DNA of 64,000 nucleotides from a bacterium (GCA_021816845.1 JAKAWT010000001.1:134087-198086), one strand, 5' to 3'; shown: positions 39,920 to 50,589, numbered from the stretch's first letter. Notes: generated by a model from the sequence alone, not told the origin. A program made the numbers and translations.

Positions 39920-40690
39920 CTATTTTCTTTCTGAAGGGAAAATTTTTAATATATTATTTTTATATTTTATAGGTGCAGGAATTGAATCAAATAAAGCGTG
40001 ATATACAAAATATTTAAACCCTTTTCTTCTACTTGTAAAATCAAATCCATAGGAAACAGTATTATTCTTAATTTCACTTATTAAATCATCCTTATATATT
40101 GTGTATGCACTACCTAAAACCCTCCTTAAATGAGCATCTGAACCTCCTACGATAGGGATTTGGTATTTTTTAGCTATATCTATAGCCTTTTTATTAGCCA
40201 ATGATAACTCTGCTTGTTTTCTAAGAAATTTCCTATTTGAATATAAAAGAGTCATATAATTTAAAGATCCATTAACTTCTATAGCAAAAGGTATATTACT
40301 ATCAAGCATAGATTCCACTAGTATTTTACCATTCAAATGCCTGCCTTTTTGAAATGGGTTAAATGGATGAGCTATAACAGGGAAGCCACCTTGATTTAAT
40401 ATCTCCTTAGCAGTATCTTGTGGAGACATTTTTTTTCTTATATTTTTTTTAATATCAAGCCCAATCATGTGGCAGTGATTAGTTGATATCTCAGATCCAA
40501 TACCTACTTCTATTTTATAATTCTTTTTAAGTTTATATGATAAAGCAATTTTTGCACCTTCTATATTATTATGATCAGTTATATATACTTTATCAATATC
40601 AGTATTGTACTCAATGTAATCAATTATTTGTTCAGGAGAACGTGCACCATCAGATACATTAGAATGTATATGTAAATCTGCTTTTTTCAT
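39920..40690 (-). CDS. PHP-domain metal-dependent phosphoesterase.
   Basis: N-terminal ADLHIHSNVSDG and a C-terminal GGSDAH motif. Confidence 0.7.
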   Translation of the reverse strand: MKKADLHIHSNVSDGARSPEQIIDYIEYNTDIDKVYITDHNNIEGAKIALSYKLKKNYKIEVGIGSEISTNHCHMIGLDIKKNIRKKMSPQDTAKEILNQGGFPVIAHPFNPFQKGRHLNGKILVESMLDSNIPFAIEVNGSLNYMTLLYSNRKFLRKQAELSLANKKAIDIAKKYQIPIVGGSDAHLRRVLGSAYTIYKDDLISEIKNNTVSYGFDFTSRRKGFKYFVYHALFDSIPAPIKYKNNILKIFPSERK

Positions 40691-40713
40691 TTTTTAATGG
40701 TATTTATTAAACT

Positions 40714-41022
40714 TCAAACAGTAGGATTCCTTCTATCTCTTTGTCTTTGAACGAAAGATGTTAATATTTCAACTAAAACAAGACCAGCAATAGTATAAAA
40801 TATTAGTGCAGTTACAGAGTTTGATGCTAAAACAAACCTTCCAAATACTATTGTAGGAAATAAACCAGAAAATGGTGCTACTAGTGGATATGACGTACCA
40901 TAAATAAACTTAGCTATTGGATTATTAGCATTAGCCCCGAAAAGAAGGAATAGAATTCTAAAGACTAAGAAAAATTCAATTATTGAAAATATTCCATATA
41001 CTAACCTATCTGATATATTCAT
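40714..41022 (-). CDS. YggT-family membrane protein (second paralog).
   Basis: LVFRILFLLFGANANNP core. Confidence 0.55.
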   Translation of the reverse strand: MNISDRLVYGIFSIIEFFLVFRILFLLFGANANNPIAKFIYGTSYPLVAPFSGLFPTIVFGRFVLASNSVTALIFYTIAGLVLVEILTSFVQRQRDRRNPTV

Positions 41023-41059
41023 AATACTTATATACTACATTATAAAAATTAATTTAGAA

Positions 41060-42268
41060 TTAAATAGATTGTACTATATCAGCAAACTTTTTTCCACTTT
41101 CTTTCATAATTCTATTACCATTGTTATCCATATAGGAAAATCCAAATTTGGCATCAAAACCATACTTCCATTCATAATTATCTATAAGGCTCCAGTAGAA
41201 ATAACCTTTAACAGGAATACCCTCTTCTATGGCTTTCTTTATATACACAAGATGATCTTCTATATATTTTATACGATTCAAATCAGACGTATCAGATATA
41301 CCATTCTCTAAAATAAATATATCTTTGTTGTACCTTTTATATGTCTGTTTCATTATATTATATATACCTTGTGGATATATATCCCATCCTAGTACATCTT
41401 GTTTTTCAAGCTTATCATTAGGAATGCTTTTAAATAGAAAATTATGAATAGATAATTTAAATTTGTCTTCTTCATGAAAATAATAATTTAATCCTATAAA
41501 ATCCATATATTTTCTAGTTTTATCTAAATAAGAATAATTAGTAAAATATCTTTTTAGCATTATATAAAATTTGCTTATCCAATCTAAAGGTAAGTAGTCC
41601 ACATTATTCTTGGCAACAGAAACTCTGGATCTTCCCCAATTAAACTTCTTATATATATCTTTTATCCCTATATATGCTCTAATATGAGCTATCTGAAGAT
41701 TATGTTCTACCTTTAAATATTTGATTATACTCCTCTTTCCAGGAGGATATTCACCAGAAAGATATCCCATCAAAGCATATATAAAAGGTTCATTAATAGT
41801 AATCCAAAAAGTGACTTCACTACCAAGATTCTCAACTACAAAATCAGTATACCTTTGAAATATCTTAATAATTTTCTTATTCTCAAAACCTCCAATCTTT
41901 GATACCCATATTGGAAGAGATTCATGAAATAGAGTTACAAAAGGTTCTATATTATTATCCTTAAGAGATTTTATAAGATCTTTATAGTGATTTAATACTT
42001 CAAGATCCCACTTACCTTCTTCAGGTTCGATTCTAGACCACTCAATAGAAAATCTATAAGAATTAACCTTTAATCGTTTCAAAATTTCAATATCTTCCTT
42101 ATATTTCTCATATGATCTACATGCATCTCCAGCTTCAATATATCCTTTATATTTTTCCCATGAATACCAATCACTATTAAAATTTCCACCCTCAATCTGA
42201 TAAGAAGAAGTTGAAACCCCCCATTTAAAATCTACAGGTAAAGAAAAATTAGTATTTGTATTATCCAT
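41060..42268 (-). CDS. GH1-family beta-glucosidase.
   Basis: WGVSTSSYQIEGG, acid/base TINEP and nucleophile ILENG motifs. Confidence 0.85.
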   Translation of the reverse strand: MDNTNTNFSLPVDFKWGVSTSSYQIEGGNFNSDWYSWEKYKGYIEAGDACRSYEKYKEDIEILKRLKVNSYRFSIEWSRIEPEEGKWDLEVLNHYKDLIKSLKDNNIEPFVTLFHESLPIWVSKIGGFENKKIIKIFQRYTDFVVENLGSEVTFWITINEPFIYALMGYLSGEYPPGKRSIIKYLKVEHNLQIAHIRAYIGIKDIYKKFNWGRSRVSVAKNNVDYLPLDWISKFYIMLKRYFTNYSYLDKTRKYMDFIGLNYYFHEEDKFKLSIHNFLFKSIPNDKLEKQDVLGWDIYPQGIYNIMKQTYKRYNKDIFILENGISDTSDLNRIKYIEDHLVYIKKAIEEGIPVKGYFYWSLIDNYEWKYGFDAKFGFSYMDNNGNRIMKESGKKFADIVQSI

Positions 42269-42271
42269 AAA

Positions 42272-42523
42272 TTATTCTATCTTATTTACAGCTTTTTTAA
42301 ACATATACAAAATCAAAGCAGAGAAAACTATTGAAAGTACAATACTAAATATTGTATTAGATAAAAAGGAATCTCCTGACAGACCACCAATCATTGCCCC
42401 TATAATACCAGTGATTATATCTATAAATAATCCCCCTCTGGTTTTATATTTTCTTGCAAACCAAAATCCAACTAAAATACCAATCAAAACATATATGAAT
42501 ATATTCATAGTTTCATTATACAC
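42272..42523 (-). CDS. GlsB/YeaQ/YmgE-family small membrane protein.
   Basis: 83 aa with a Gly-zipper-rich TM pattern. Confidence 0.55.
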   Translation of the reverse strand: MYNETMNIFIYVLIGILVGFWFARKYKTRGGLFIDIITGIIGAMIGGLSGDSFLSNTIFSIVLSIVFSALILYMFKKAVNKIE

Positions 42524-42554
42524 AAGGTTAGAATCACTTTCTATAGAAGGTTAA

Positions 42555-44399
42555 TTACTCTTTATTAAATTTATTTCTATCAGATTTCCTAAGGTATTTT
42601 TTTCTTAACCTTAGATTAGTTGGAGTAATTTCTAGATACTCATCATCTGCTATAAAATCTATTCCAAGTTCAATAGTAAGTTCTATATTTTTTGTTAATA
42701 CAATAGTTTCTTCTCCTATATCCGAATGTAATCCTGTTAAATGCTTAGCTCTAGATACATTAACTTCCATATCTTGGTCATATTTATTTATACCTACTAT
42801 CATTCCTTCATAAACTTGTTCTTCCGGAGCTACAAATAAGGTACCTCTTTCCTGGGCCTTATTAAGACCATATGATGTTGTATTTCCAGCTTCTGAAGCA
42901 ATTAGGACTCCTTTTCTATCCTTATACATACTTCCTCCAGGTGATAATACAAATTCAGAAAAACTACTATTAAAAATAACAGTACCTTTTGTATCATTAA
43001 CAAGCTCACCTCTAAGTCCAAACAGGTTCCTAGTTAATACTTTATAATGGAAATGTACTATATCTGAATTGTCAGTATGCATATTTACTAGTTCTCCTTT
43101 TCTTTTTGACAATGCAGTAGTTATAATGCCTATAGAATTCTTATCAACTTCTAAAAATAAATCTTCTTGTCCTTCATATTTTTTTCCATCAATTATTTTG
43201 GTGATAGCTTCTGGTTTTGAGATTTGGAATTCATATCCTTCTCTTCTTAGCGTTTCTATCAATATTGATAAGTGTAGTTCTCCTCTACCCGATACAAAAA
43301 ATTGGTCACCTGAGATTTCAAGTTTCATTGCAACATTTTTTTGTAACTCCCTTTCTAATCTTGCAAGTAGCTGCCTTGATGTAACGAACTTCCCTTCTCT
43401 GCCAGCTAGTGGAGAACTATTTGCTTCAAATTTTATTCGAACAGAAGGTTCTTGTATTTCTAAATCTGGTAATCTCTGGTTCTCTCCTGGCATTGTTATT
43501 GTATCACCAATCTTTGCATCTGCAGCTCCAATTATAGTTACTATATCTCCTGCTTGCATTTTTTGCACCTCTTCTTTCTTTATACCGTTTGAGACTATTA
43601 ATTTTAAAACTTTAAATCTTTTCACAGACTCCAATCCAAGTATATCTAATGAATCTCCTTTTTGTATTTCCCCTTGTAAGATCTTCCCTACAACTCCAGA
43701 CCCAGTATATTCATCATAATCAATTGATGATACTTGCATAAGGAATGGTAAAGTTAAATCTCCAGAAGGAGGAGGAATATCTTTGATTATACTAGAAAAA
43801 AGAAGTGATACATCAGATCCAGAAGTATCTGCTTTATATTCAATCCTAGTATTTAAATCTGGAAGTTTATCAAAGATGATCCCTTCCCTTGCAATTGCAT
43901 AAAATATAGGAAAATCTAACTGATCATCTGAAGTTGCAAGATCTAAAAAAAGATCATCTATTTCAGATAATGTCTTATCTATATCTGCAAATTTTTTATC
44001 TATTTTATTTATTACTACTATTATTTTCTTACCTAACTCTAATGCTTTTTGAAGTACATATCGTGTTTGTGGCATAGGTCCTTCTTGAGCATCAACAATT
44101 AGTAAACATCCATCAGCCATATTTAAAGTTCTTTCAACCTCTCCAGAAAAATCAGCATGTCCAGGTGTATCTATAATATTTATTTTATAGTCCTTATATT
44201 TAATAAATATATTTTTTGCAGTTATAGTAATACCTCTTTCTTTTTCAAGATCCATATTATCCATAATTAAAGACTGAGTCATCAAAGCCTCATTTTCTCT
44301 AAACATATTTGATTGTTTCATAAAGCTGTCTACCAAAGTGGTTTTACCATGGTCAACATGGGCAATAACAGCAATATTTCTGATTTTAGAATTTTCCAT
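42555..44399 (-). CDS. typA: Translational GTPase TypA/BipA.
   Basis: AHVDHGKTT, DTPGH and NKID G-motifs plus EF-G-like domains. 614 aa. Confidence 0.9.
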   Translation of the reverse strand: MENSKIRNIAVIAHVDHGKTTLVDSFMKQSNMFRENEALMTQSLIMDNMDLEKERGITITAKNIFIKYKDYKINIIDTPGHADFSGEVERTLNMADGCLLIVDAQEGPMPQTRYVLQKALELGKKIIVVINKIDKKFADIDKTLSEIDDLFLDLATSDDQLDFPIFYAIAREGIIFDKLPDLNTRIEYKADTSGSDVSLLFSSIIKDIPPPSGDLTLPFLMQVSSIDYDEYTGSGVVGKILQGEIQKGDSLDILGLESVKRFKVLKLIVSNGIKKEEVQKMQAGDIVTIIGAADAKIGDTITMPGENQRLPDLEIQEPSVRIKFEANSSPLAGREGKFVTSRQLLARLERELQKNVAMKLEISGDQFFVSGRGELHLSILIETLRREGYEFQISKPEAITKIIDGKKYEGQEDLFLEVDKNSIGIITTALSKRKGELVNMHTDNSDIVHFHYKVLTRNLFGLRGELVNDTKGTVIFNSSFSEFVLSPGGSMYKDRKGVLIASEAGNTTSYGLNKAQERGTLFVAPEEQVYEGMIVGINKYDQDMEVNVSRAKHLTGLHSDIGEETIVLTKNIELTIELGIDFIADDEYLEITPTNLRLRKKYLRKSDRNKFNKE

Positions 44400-44422
44400 A
44401 CGTTCTGTATTATACAGGGATT

Positions 44423-45739
44423 TTAACGAAGAATATAGAAGTTACCGTTTCCTGTGGTTACATAAAATTTACCAGAGTAAAAACTCAGTCCTGATGCTAT
44501 TTCTGGGCCTCCCAATGTCCTTTTTGCATCAAACGCTCCGTTATTTTTATCAATAACATAAATGTTACCATTGGCAGTTACACCATAGACATCCTCTTTT
44601 ATAATTGTTAGAGGTGCATTAATCATACCATTAATCTTATATGACCAATCTACCTTCTCTGTATTAATATTCACTGCAAATATGCTCCTTGCTGTATTGG
44701 AACCAGTATATATAGTGTCACCTTCTAATGTTGGGACAGATCCTTGCATTGGATCTGAAGGTTCATTTATAACTCCATATCCTTCATTTAACGCCCACAC
44801 TATAGATCCTGTTTGTGCATCAATCTTATATAAATATTCATATCCAGAATTAGTAGTATAGTCTTTCAACATTGTTGCATTTGTATATAGATATCCTTTG
44901 TAATAGACAGGGGTAGTATCATCAAGTCCACCTGTTATTGTAATTCCTCCAGGGAGATTCTTGAAAGCTGTTGCCCATTTAATACTCTTAGTATTTATAT
45001 TTACATCAAAAAATTTATATGGTTTAGATCCACCAAAAAATACATTATTACCAACAAGTATAGGTGATGACATTGAGACAATAGATCCAACATTTAATGT
45101 CCACAATACTTTTCCTGTTAGTGCATCTAAAGCATAAAATGTTCTGTTTCCATTTACAAAGTATAAAGTTCCATTGCTATATATAGGAGTAGGCATATTT
45201 TCACCAAGAGTTTTATATTTCCAAATTACTGCTCCTGTTGAAATATTAATACCGTACACAAAATTATTTCCCAATCCCCTATACGACTCCTTGGGGCCAT
45301 ATTTGATACTATTCCCAGACCCAACAAAAACCATATTTATTTGTGGAACTACAACTGGGTTAGTCATTATCCAGTTACTGAAATGATCATGCCATATTAT
45401 ATTACCAGTGACTCTAGATAGGGCTAGCAGCCCACCAGATAAATTTGTCTTATCCATTGTACCTACGTATATTGCATCTCCTGCAACTATAGGTGTAGTA
45501 TCAAAATTCTCTCCATTAATATTTTTAGAAAGTACCACTTTAGATATTAGTACACTATTAACTCCTCCGACAACATTGTTATTTTTCTGATCTTGAGAAT
45601 ATTGTGAATAACTTTTATAAAAAAATGTAGTTTGAGGTTTTATAGTCTTTGTAGAATTAGAGTTATATACATCAAGTCCTACTATTGCAACAATAAACAA
45701 TAGGACAACTAATATATAATAATTCTTATTTTTTAACAT
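44423..45739 (-). CDS. Secreted or membrane-anchored PQQ-like beta-propeller repeat protein.
   Basis: N-terminal signal anchor. Repeated G.VY....G.LYALD..TGK..W beta-propeller units. Confidence 0.6.
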   Translation of the reverse strand: MLKNKNYYILVVLLFIVAIVGLDVYNSNSTKTIKPQTTFFYKSYSQYSQDQKNNNVVGGVNSVLISKVVLSKNINGENFDTTPIVAGDAIYVGTMDKTNLSGGLLALSRVTGNIIWHDHFSNWIMTNPVVVPQINMVFVGSGNSIKYGPKESYRGLGNNFVYGINISTGAVIWKYKTLGENMPTPIYSNGTLYFVNGNRTFYALDALTGKVLWTLNVGSIVSMSSPILVGNNVFFGGSKPYKFFDVNINTKSIKWATAFKNLPGGITITGGLDDTTPVYYKGYLYTNATMLKDYTTNSGYEYLYKIDAQTGSIVWALNEGYGVINEPSDPMQGSVPTLEGDTIYTGSNTARSIFAVNINTEKVDWSYKINGMINAPLTIIKEDVYGVTANGNIYVIDKNNGAFDAKRTLGGPEIASGLSFYSGKFYVTTGNGNFYILR

Positions 45740-45809
45740 AATTGTAATTAATTACATATATATACACTAGAACTTAATAAAATGTTTCATGTGCATAATT
45801 TTATAACTA

Positions 45810-46166
45810 TTATTTTTTTCCAGATTTTTTGGAGACACTTTTTTTTGTAGATTTAGAAGGTTGTTTTATATTTTTTACTGGAGTTTTTCTAACTGTTTTT
45901 GAAGTTGTACTCTTAACTGTCTTATCTGTACTAACATCTTTCATAGGTTCTTCCTTCTTTCTTAGTGGCAGATTAGTATTATTATGTACTTTAGAAAAAG
46001 GATTTTCAAAAAAAGAACAGTACAAAAGTATTATACCTATGATAATTAATACTACTAACAATGGTAGATATACAACTGAATAACCTACTGCTAAAAACAA
46101 TATACCAAGAGCAAAGCTCAATAGTTTTAAATAATAATTCCTTTCAGATTTTTTAAAAAAATTCAT
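45810..46166 (-). CDS. Small membrane protein with a Lys/Ser/Thr-rich C-terminal tail.
   Basis: Two TM helices followed by a highly basic tail. Confidence 0.4.
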   Translation of the reverse strand: MNFFKKSERNYYLKLLSFALGILFLAVGYSVVYLPLLVVLIIIGIILLYCSFFENPFSKVHNNTNLPLRKKEEPMKDVSTDKTVKSTTSKTVRKTPVKNIKQPSKSTKKSVSKKSGKK

Positions 46167-46190
46167 ATACCTTGGATATTATCATATATT

Positions 46191-46937
46191 ATGAAAAAAT
46201 GGAATATTATTAATATCTTTTCTAGTTATAAGTTTTTAATATATAAATTTTGTTATAATAAAAATATGTACCAATATTCAAAGGAAATAATAATTAAAGA
46301 TACAGATAATATAAACGACCTTTATAATGAAGGTTTTGTATTTGTGCGAAAGGGAAAGGGTATTATGCAAAAAATAAGAAGCTTAAGAGTAGATTTAGAA
46401 TATTTTGAACTGACAAGTGAAAATAGGAGAGTTTTAAAAAAAACTGAAAATATATCCATAGAAAAGGACAATTTACCTTACATTGAATATAGTTATAATA
46501 TACATAAAATGGGATTTACGTATTATAAAGCTAGATTTGGGAATAAAGTAATGACTGCAAATAAAATTAAAGAAATGTTCACAAATATGGACAAATCCAA
46601 CATGAATTCGGTTTTTGTTTATAAAGATAAAAATTTAAATGATGTAAATTTTGCTCAGAGAACTAACGTCCAGGGGTATGCCTTGGCGTATATGAATAAA
46701 TATATGTTACACTATGCTTACCCATTCTATGATCTTTCATATTTTAATCTAAATATGGGTATATGTATGATGTTGAAAGCAATAATTTTTGCAAAAGAGC
46801 ATAATCTTGATTATGTCTATCTTGGGAGTGTATATAAAAAAGAGTCAATATATAAATTACAATTTAAAGGACTATCTTGGTTTGATGGGAGAATATGGAA
46901 TAATAATATTAAAGAATTGAAAGAGATCCTTAAATAA
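46191..46937 (+). CDS. Hypothetical protein.
   Basis: Intact ORF of 248 aa. No confident family assignment. Confidence 0.4.
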   Translation: MKKWNIINIFSSYKFLIYKFCYNKNMYQYSKEIIIKDTDNINDLYNEGFVFVRKGKGIMQKIRSLRVDLEYFELTSENRRVLKKTENISIEKDNLPYIEYSYNIHKMGFTYYKARFGNKVMTANKIKEMFTNMDKSNMNSVFVYKDKNLNDVNFAQRTNVQGYALAYMNKYMLHYAYPFYDLSYFNLNMGICMMLKAIIFAKEHNLDYVYLGSVYKKESIYKLQFKGLSWFDGRIWNNNIKELKEILK

Positions 46938-46950
46938 TAAAAATAAATTA

Positions 46951-47823
46951 ATGGTATTAACAGCTACTATAACAGTATTATTTTATGCATTTCTATTAGG
47001 CCTAGTTCATGGGATAACCCCAGATGAACACACCTGGCCTATAACCTTCTCTTATGCAATAGGAAGTTTTTCATCTAGAAAAGGTTTATATGTAGCTATA
47101 CTATTTTCATTAGCATTCACGGTGCAGAGAGCGATAGCATCAGAGATTGCTTATTTTGCACTTATAAATTGGGCGCAATTTCCATCTTTGAATTATTATG
47201 TATATTTAATAGTAGGTTTAGCAATGTTTTTAGTAGGAATATATGTTTTAAGATTCAATAAGATATTTCATATCGAACTTCTTCCTTCTTCATGGATAGG
47301 TAAACATAAACATCATGAATTTGAGGATACACCAAGACAAATAAAACCTTCTATGGCACTTTTACATGGATTTATAGCAGGATGGGGATTTGGTGCTTTT
47401 GCATTGATATTATACACTGTACTTGTGCCAAAAATGCCAAATATGTATGTAGCGTTCCTACCTGGAGTATTTTTTGGATTAGGAACAATGTTTGTACAAG
47501 CTATTTTCGGAAGCATTTTTGGAAGGTGGATTAGAAATATGAAAATTCCAGAATCAGAAGGATTAAAATTGGCATCTAAAGTTGCAGGTAATACGCTTTT
47601 CGGGGGTGGAATAGTTTTTATATTAGGAGGAATGTTTGGACTTTTATTTCCTAGGATAGCAAATCTACATATTGTTACACCAATAAATGTACACAATCTA
47701 CATAACTTAGGATTAGCATTTGTTATGGTTATGACTACAGTTTTGTTTATAGGCGTAGGATCTATATATATAAATATGCATAAAATAAAAGAAAAATACC
47801 AAAATACAAATGAAACCCCTTAA
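46951..47823 (+). CDS. Integral membrane protein. It may be a NicO/HoxN-like metal-ion transporter.
   Basis: About 7 TM. The first helix carries HGITPDEH and a later helix carries LLHGFIAGWG, which resembles NicO-type repeats. The call is weak. Confidence 0.3.
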   Translation: MVLTATITVLFYAFLLGLVHGITPDEHTWPITFSYAIGSFSSRKGLYVAILFSLAFTVQRAIASEIAYFALINWAQFPSLNYYVYLIVGLAMFLVGIYVLRFNKIFHIELLPSSWIGKHKHHEFEDTPRQIKPSMALLHGFIAGWGFGAFALILYTVLVPKMPNMYVAFLPGVFFGLGTMFVQAIFGSIFGRWIRNMKIPESEGLKLASKVAGNTLFGGGIVFILGGMFGLLFPRIANLHIVTPINVHNLHNLGLAFVMVMTTVLFIGVGSIYINMHKIKEKYQNTNETP

Positions 47824-48742
47824 TAAAAATCAAATCAGATATATTGCTTCGTATATAACTAAAAATAAGGAAAAATTACTGAATATAAATTCATCTATTA
47901 TAACTGATGATATCAAAACTCTAGACAATAATGAGGAGAAGATAGTTATAGGTATTGGAGGATCACATATATACTATACTAAGGTAAAAAACACAGAAAT
48001 TTTAAAAGAAGATATTATAAGATTCCCAAGTAATCAAGAACAATTTTTTGAATACATAGTAAAATATGGGAGAGAAAAATTATATATTACCGATAAAATG
48101 GATAAGTTAAATATAATATTTTCTTACCCTTTTAAATCAATAAGGTCCAATGGGTATATTGATGGTATATATGAGAAAGTTGATATAATATCTAAAGAAA
48201 TACCTTTTACAAATATTAGTTTTTCAATTAATAAAAAATTTAGGGAAATTATTAAACAGGATATAAATATAAACGTTGTTAATGATGCGGTAGCAAGTAA
48301 TATTTACAATTATTATAAAAATCCCAATTATGATACATATATATCAATATTATCAGGAACAGGTGTAAATCTATCTTATATAAAGGATGGCTTCTTTATA
48401 AACTCTGAAATTGGTAGGTTAAAGATGGCAGATTTTGAATCTCGATTCTTTGGATCTGGATTCATCCAAGATAAACTTTTGGAAGAATATATTTCTTATA
48501 AGGCTTTAAGTAAATATAATTTATCATATGTAGAAATTGCCTCTATTGCAGCATCATATACAACAGCCATCATAATGGCCTTCATTGATAGAAATAAACA
48601 TACCTCTTTAATAGGACAAGGTTCATTCATAACTAAAAATCATATTTTCTATGAAGAGTTAAATTATAATCTTAGAGAGTTTAAAAACACAGTAATATCT
48701 AAAGATAATAAAGCTGATATAAAGGGTGCGTCTTTGTTATAG
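47810..48742 (+). CDS. Hexokinase-family sugar kinase.
   Basis: IGIGGSHIYYTKV (phosphate 1), FSYPFKS (matches LGFTFSYP), VVNDAVASNIYNYY (NDTVGTL-like) and ILSGTGVN (GTGVN adenosine motif). The motif order matches hexokinases. Confidence 0.55.
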   Translation: MKPLNKNQIRYIASYITKNKEKLLNINSSIITDDIKTLDNNEEKIVIGIGGSHIYYTKVKNTEILKEDIIRFPSNQEQFFEYIVKYGREKLYITDKMDKLNIIFSYPFKSIRSNGYIDGIYEKVDIISKEIPFTNISFSINKKFREIIKQDININVVNDAVASNIYNYYKNPNYDTYISILSGTGVNLSYIKDGFFINSEIGRLKMADFESRFFGSGFIQDKLLEEYISYKALSKYNLSYVEIASIAASYTTAIIMAFIDRNKHTSLIGQGSFITKNHIFYEELNYNLREFKNTVISKDNKADIKGASLL

Positions 48743-49051
48743 CTATAATGTATTTTGAGATATTCCAGAAGTAATGGAACTTAAGTGTGTATTATTTAAA
48801 TAATTTAGAGCACTATTTAAGTCTGAAGAACTATTTACAACTGGGACTTGAGGTTGACTTGGAAGAGAACTTGTTACATTTTGTGAACTAGTTGTCTGAC
48901 CAGTAGCTGATGATTGAGAGTTATTTAGTAAATCAACTATATAAACAATAGCTAAAGCAAGAAACAAAAATAGGACTAGTGATATAACCTTGTAAACTAA
49001 CAAGTCATTATGTGTTCTTTTCATTTCTATATCACTATTTTGGTTGTCCAT
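48743..49051 (-). CDS. Small membrane-anchored protein with a Ser/Gln/Thr-rich tail.
   Basis: N-terminal TM. Confidence 0.35.
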   Translation of the reverse strand: MDNQNSDIEMKRTHNDLLVYKVISLVLFLFLALAIVYIVDLLNNSQSSATGQTTSSQNVTSSLPSQPQVPVVNSSSDLNSALNYLNNTHLSSITSGISQNTL

Positions 49052-49679
49052 TATTATTAGTTGTAGATAAACTAGATTTAATTGCTACAATGAGATCAAC
49101 GATACTTTTCCTATACAATCTTAATGCGGATATTTCAGCTTTCATATCAGTATTAAAAGCCAAAACCATCGTTTGTGGGCTAGTAGTACTACAAGTAAGA
49201 TTAGCTGCATCTCCAGATACTTTTGTTTCTGCTGCAAGGACAGCATCTTCTGCAGTCTGTACATTAGCTACCAAAGTTTGATAATTTGCTACAGTAACAT
49301 TTTTAGTCATAATTTTAGTTGAATAGAAAGATTCGACGCTTAATGCAATCCTTGTGAATGCTTTCTCTTGTACAGTTGCAAGAGCTACCATATGATCAGA
49401 TCTTTCAGTTATTGCGGCTATTCTAGCTTTACAAGATTTTGCCAGCCCACTAGCTTTAGCACTCTGTCCCTTAGCCAATCCATTTGCTACGTTAGTAGTA
49501 TTAGCTGAAGTTGGGGCAACATTATTACCTGGTGTAGTAGTGACAGTGTTTGGATTACCAGCAGTTGATTGAGCATTAGAATTGTGTGAAGCAGCATATA
49601 CTGAAGTTGCAAGTGCTAAACTCAAAACAGCAAAAGGTAAAACCTTTAGAATTCCTATGTGTTTAGTATATTTTTCCAT
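49035..49679 (-). CDS. Secreted Ala-rich alpha-helical protein of unknown function.
   Basis: Signal peptide ...LSLALATSVYAAS. Its composition is notably less AT-rich than the flanking genes. Confidence 0.5.
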   Translation of the reverse strand: MEKYTKHIGILKVLPFAVLSLALATSVYAASHNSNAQSTAGNPNTVTTTPGNNVAPTSANTTNVANGLAKGQSAKASGLAKSCKARIAAITERSDHMVALATVQEKAFTRIALSVESFYSTKIMTKNVTVANYQTLVANVQTAEDAVLAAETKVSGDAANLTCSTTSPQTMVLAFNTDMKAEISALRLYRKSIVDLIVAIKSSLSTTNNNGQPK

Positions 49680-49749
49680 ATTTAAAATTCACTAACAAAC
49701 TTATATTAATGTATAATACTGATATATATTTGTCAATAGATAACTAAAA

Positions 49750-50589
49750 ATGTTGATTAAAACGAAACAATTTAGCCTACAATATACTCTCGATTCTGGA
49801 CAATGTTTCTCATGGACAAAGATTGCTGATAATACGTATGTAGGTGTCATCAATAGACATGGAGTAAAAATACGACAAGATGGCAATAATCTTTATATAG
49901 AATCTTCCCCAGAAATTGATAAAGAAACTATAATTAAATATTTTAACCTTAATATTAATTATGATGAAATTATCAAAAAAATTTCTAAAGATACTGTAAT
50001 TAAATCAGGTATAGATAAGTATAGAGGGTTGAGGATAATAAATCAGGATGAATATGAGTGTACATTTGCATACATAATATCAAGTTGCAACAATGTACCC
50101 AAAATAAAAGCTTCTTACAGACTTCTCTCTTTATATCTAGGAGATAAAATAGAGGATTTAAACTTTAAAGATATTCCCCACAAATATAGTCTTTATACAT
50201 TTCCGAATATTAAAAAGTTGGAATCTGCAAATGATATTATATTAAAAGATGCAAAATTAGGTTTTAGAGCAAAATATATAAAAAATACCGCAAAAAAAAT
50301 TTTAGATGAAAATATAGATTTATATAATTTACATAATCTGGACCCAAAAGATGCATATAATATACTTATCAGTTTTCAAGGTGTTGGTGATAAAATTGCA
50401 AAATGTATATTACTTTATTCAATGGGAGTAAATTCAGCCTTCCCTATGGATACGTGGATATTAAAACATGTAAAAAGTATTTACAAAAATTACAAACTTA
50501 CAGAAATACAAGATATTGTAAATAACCTTTATGATGGATACGCAGGATGGGCTCAACTATATATATATGCTTTAGCAAGAAAAATATAA
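49750..50589 (+). CDS. ogg: 8-oxoguanine DNA glycosylase / AP lyase (Ogg, HhH-GPD family).
   Basis: N-terminal DSGQCFSW. HhH with GVGDKIAKC (catalytic Lys) and a downstream PMDTWI Asp. Confidence 0.7.
   Translation: MLIKTKQFSLQYTLDSGQCFSWTKIADNTYVGVINRHGVKIRQDGNNLYIESSPEIDKETIIKYFNLNINYDEIIKKISKDTVIKSGIDKYRGLRIINQDEYECTFAYIISSCNNVPKIKASYRLLSLYLGDKIEDLNFKDIPHKYSLYTFPNIKKLESANDIILKDAKLGFRAKYIKNTAKKILDENIDLYNLHNLDPKDAYNILISFQGVGDKIAKCILLYSMGVNSAFPMDTWILKHVKSIYKNYKLTEIQDIVNNLYDGYAGWAQLYIYALARKI

Noticed and set aside
43069-43719. 216-aa plus-strand ORF.
   Set aside because: It is antisense to typA, which has unambiguous GTPase motifs. Its Ser/Phe-rich composition is a mirror artefact of the opposite strand.
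46191-46937. A possible aminoacyl-tRNA-protein transferase or Fem-like fold for the 248-aa hypothetical protein.
   Set aside because: I could not identify the defining motifs, such as the ATE N-terminal Cys cluster or the GNAT signature, by eye. I left it as hypothetical.
47313-47696. 127-aa minus-strand ORF.
   Set aside because: It is embedded in the polytopic membrane protein gene on the other strand. It has no support.
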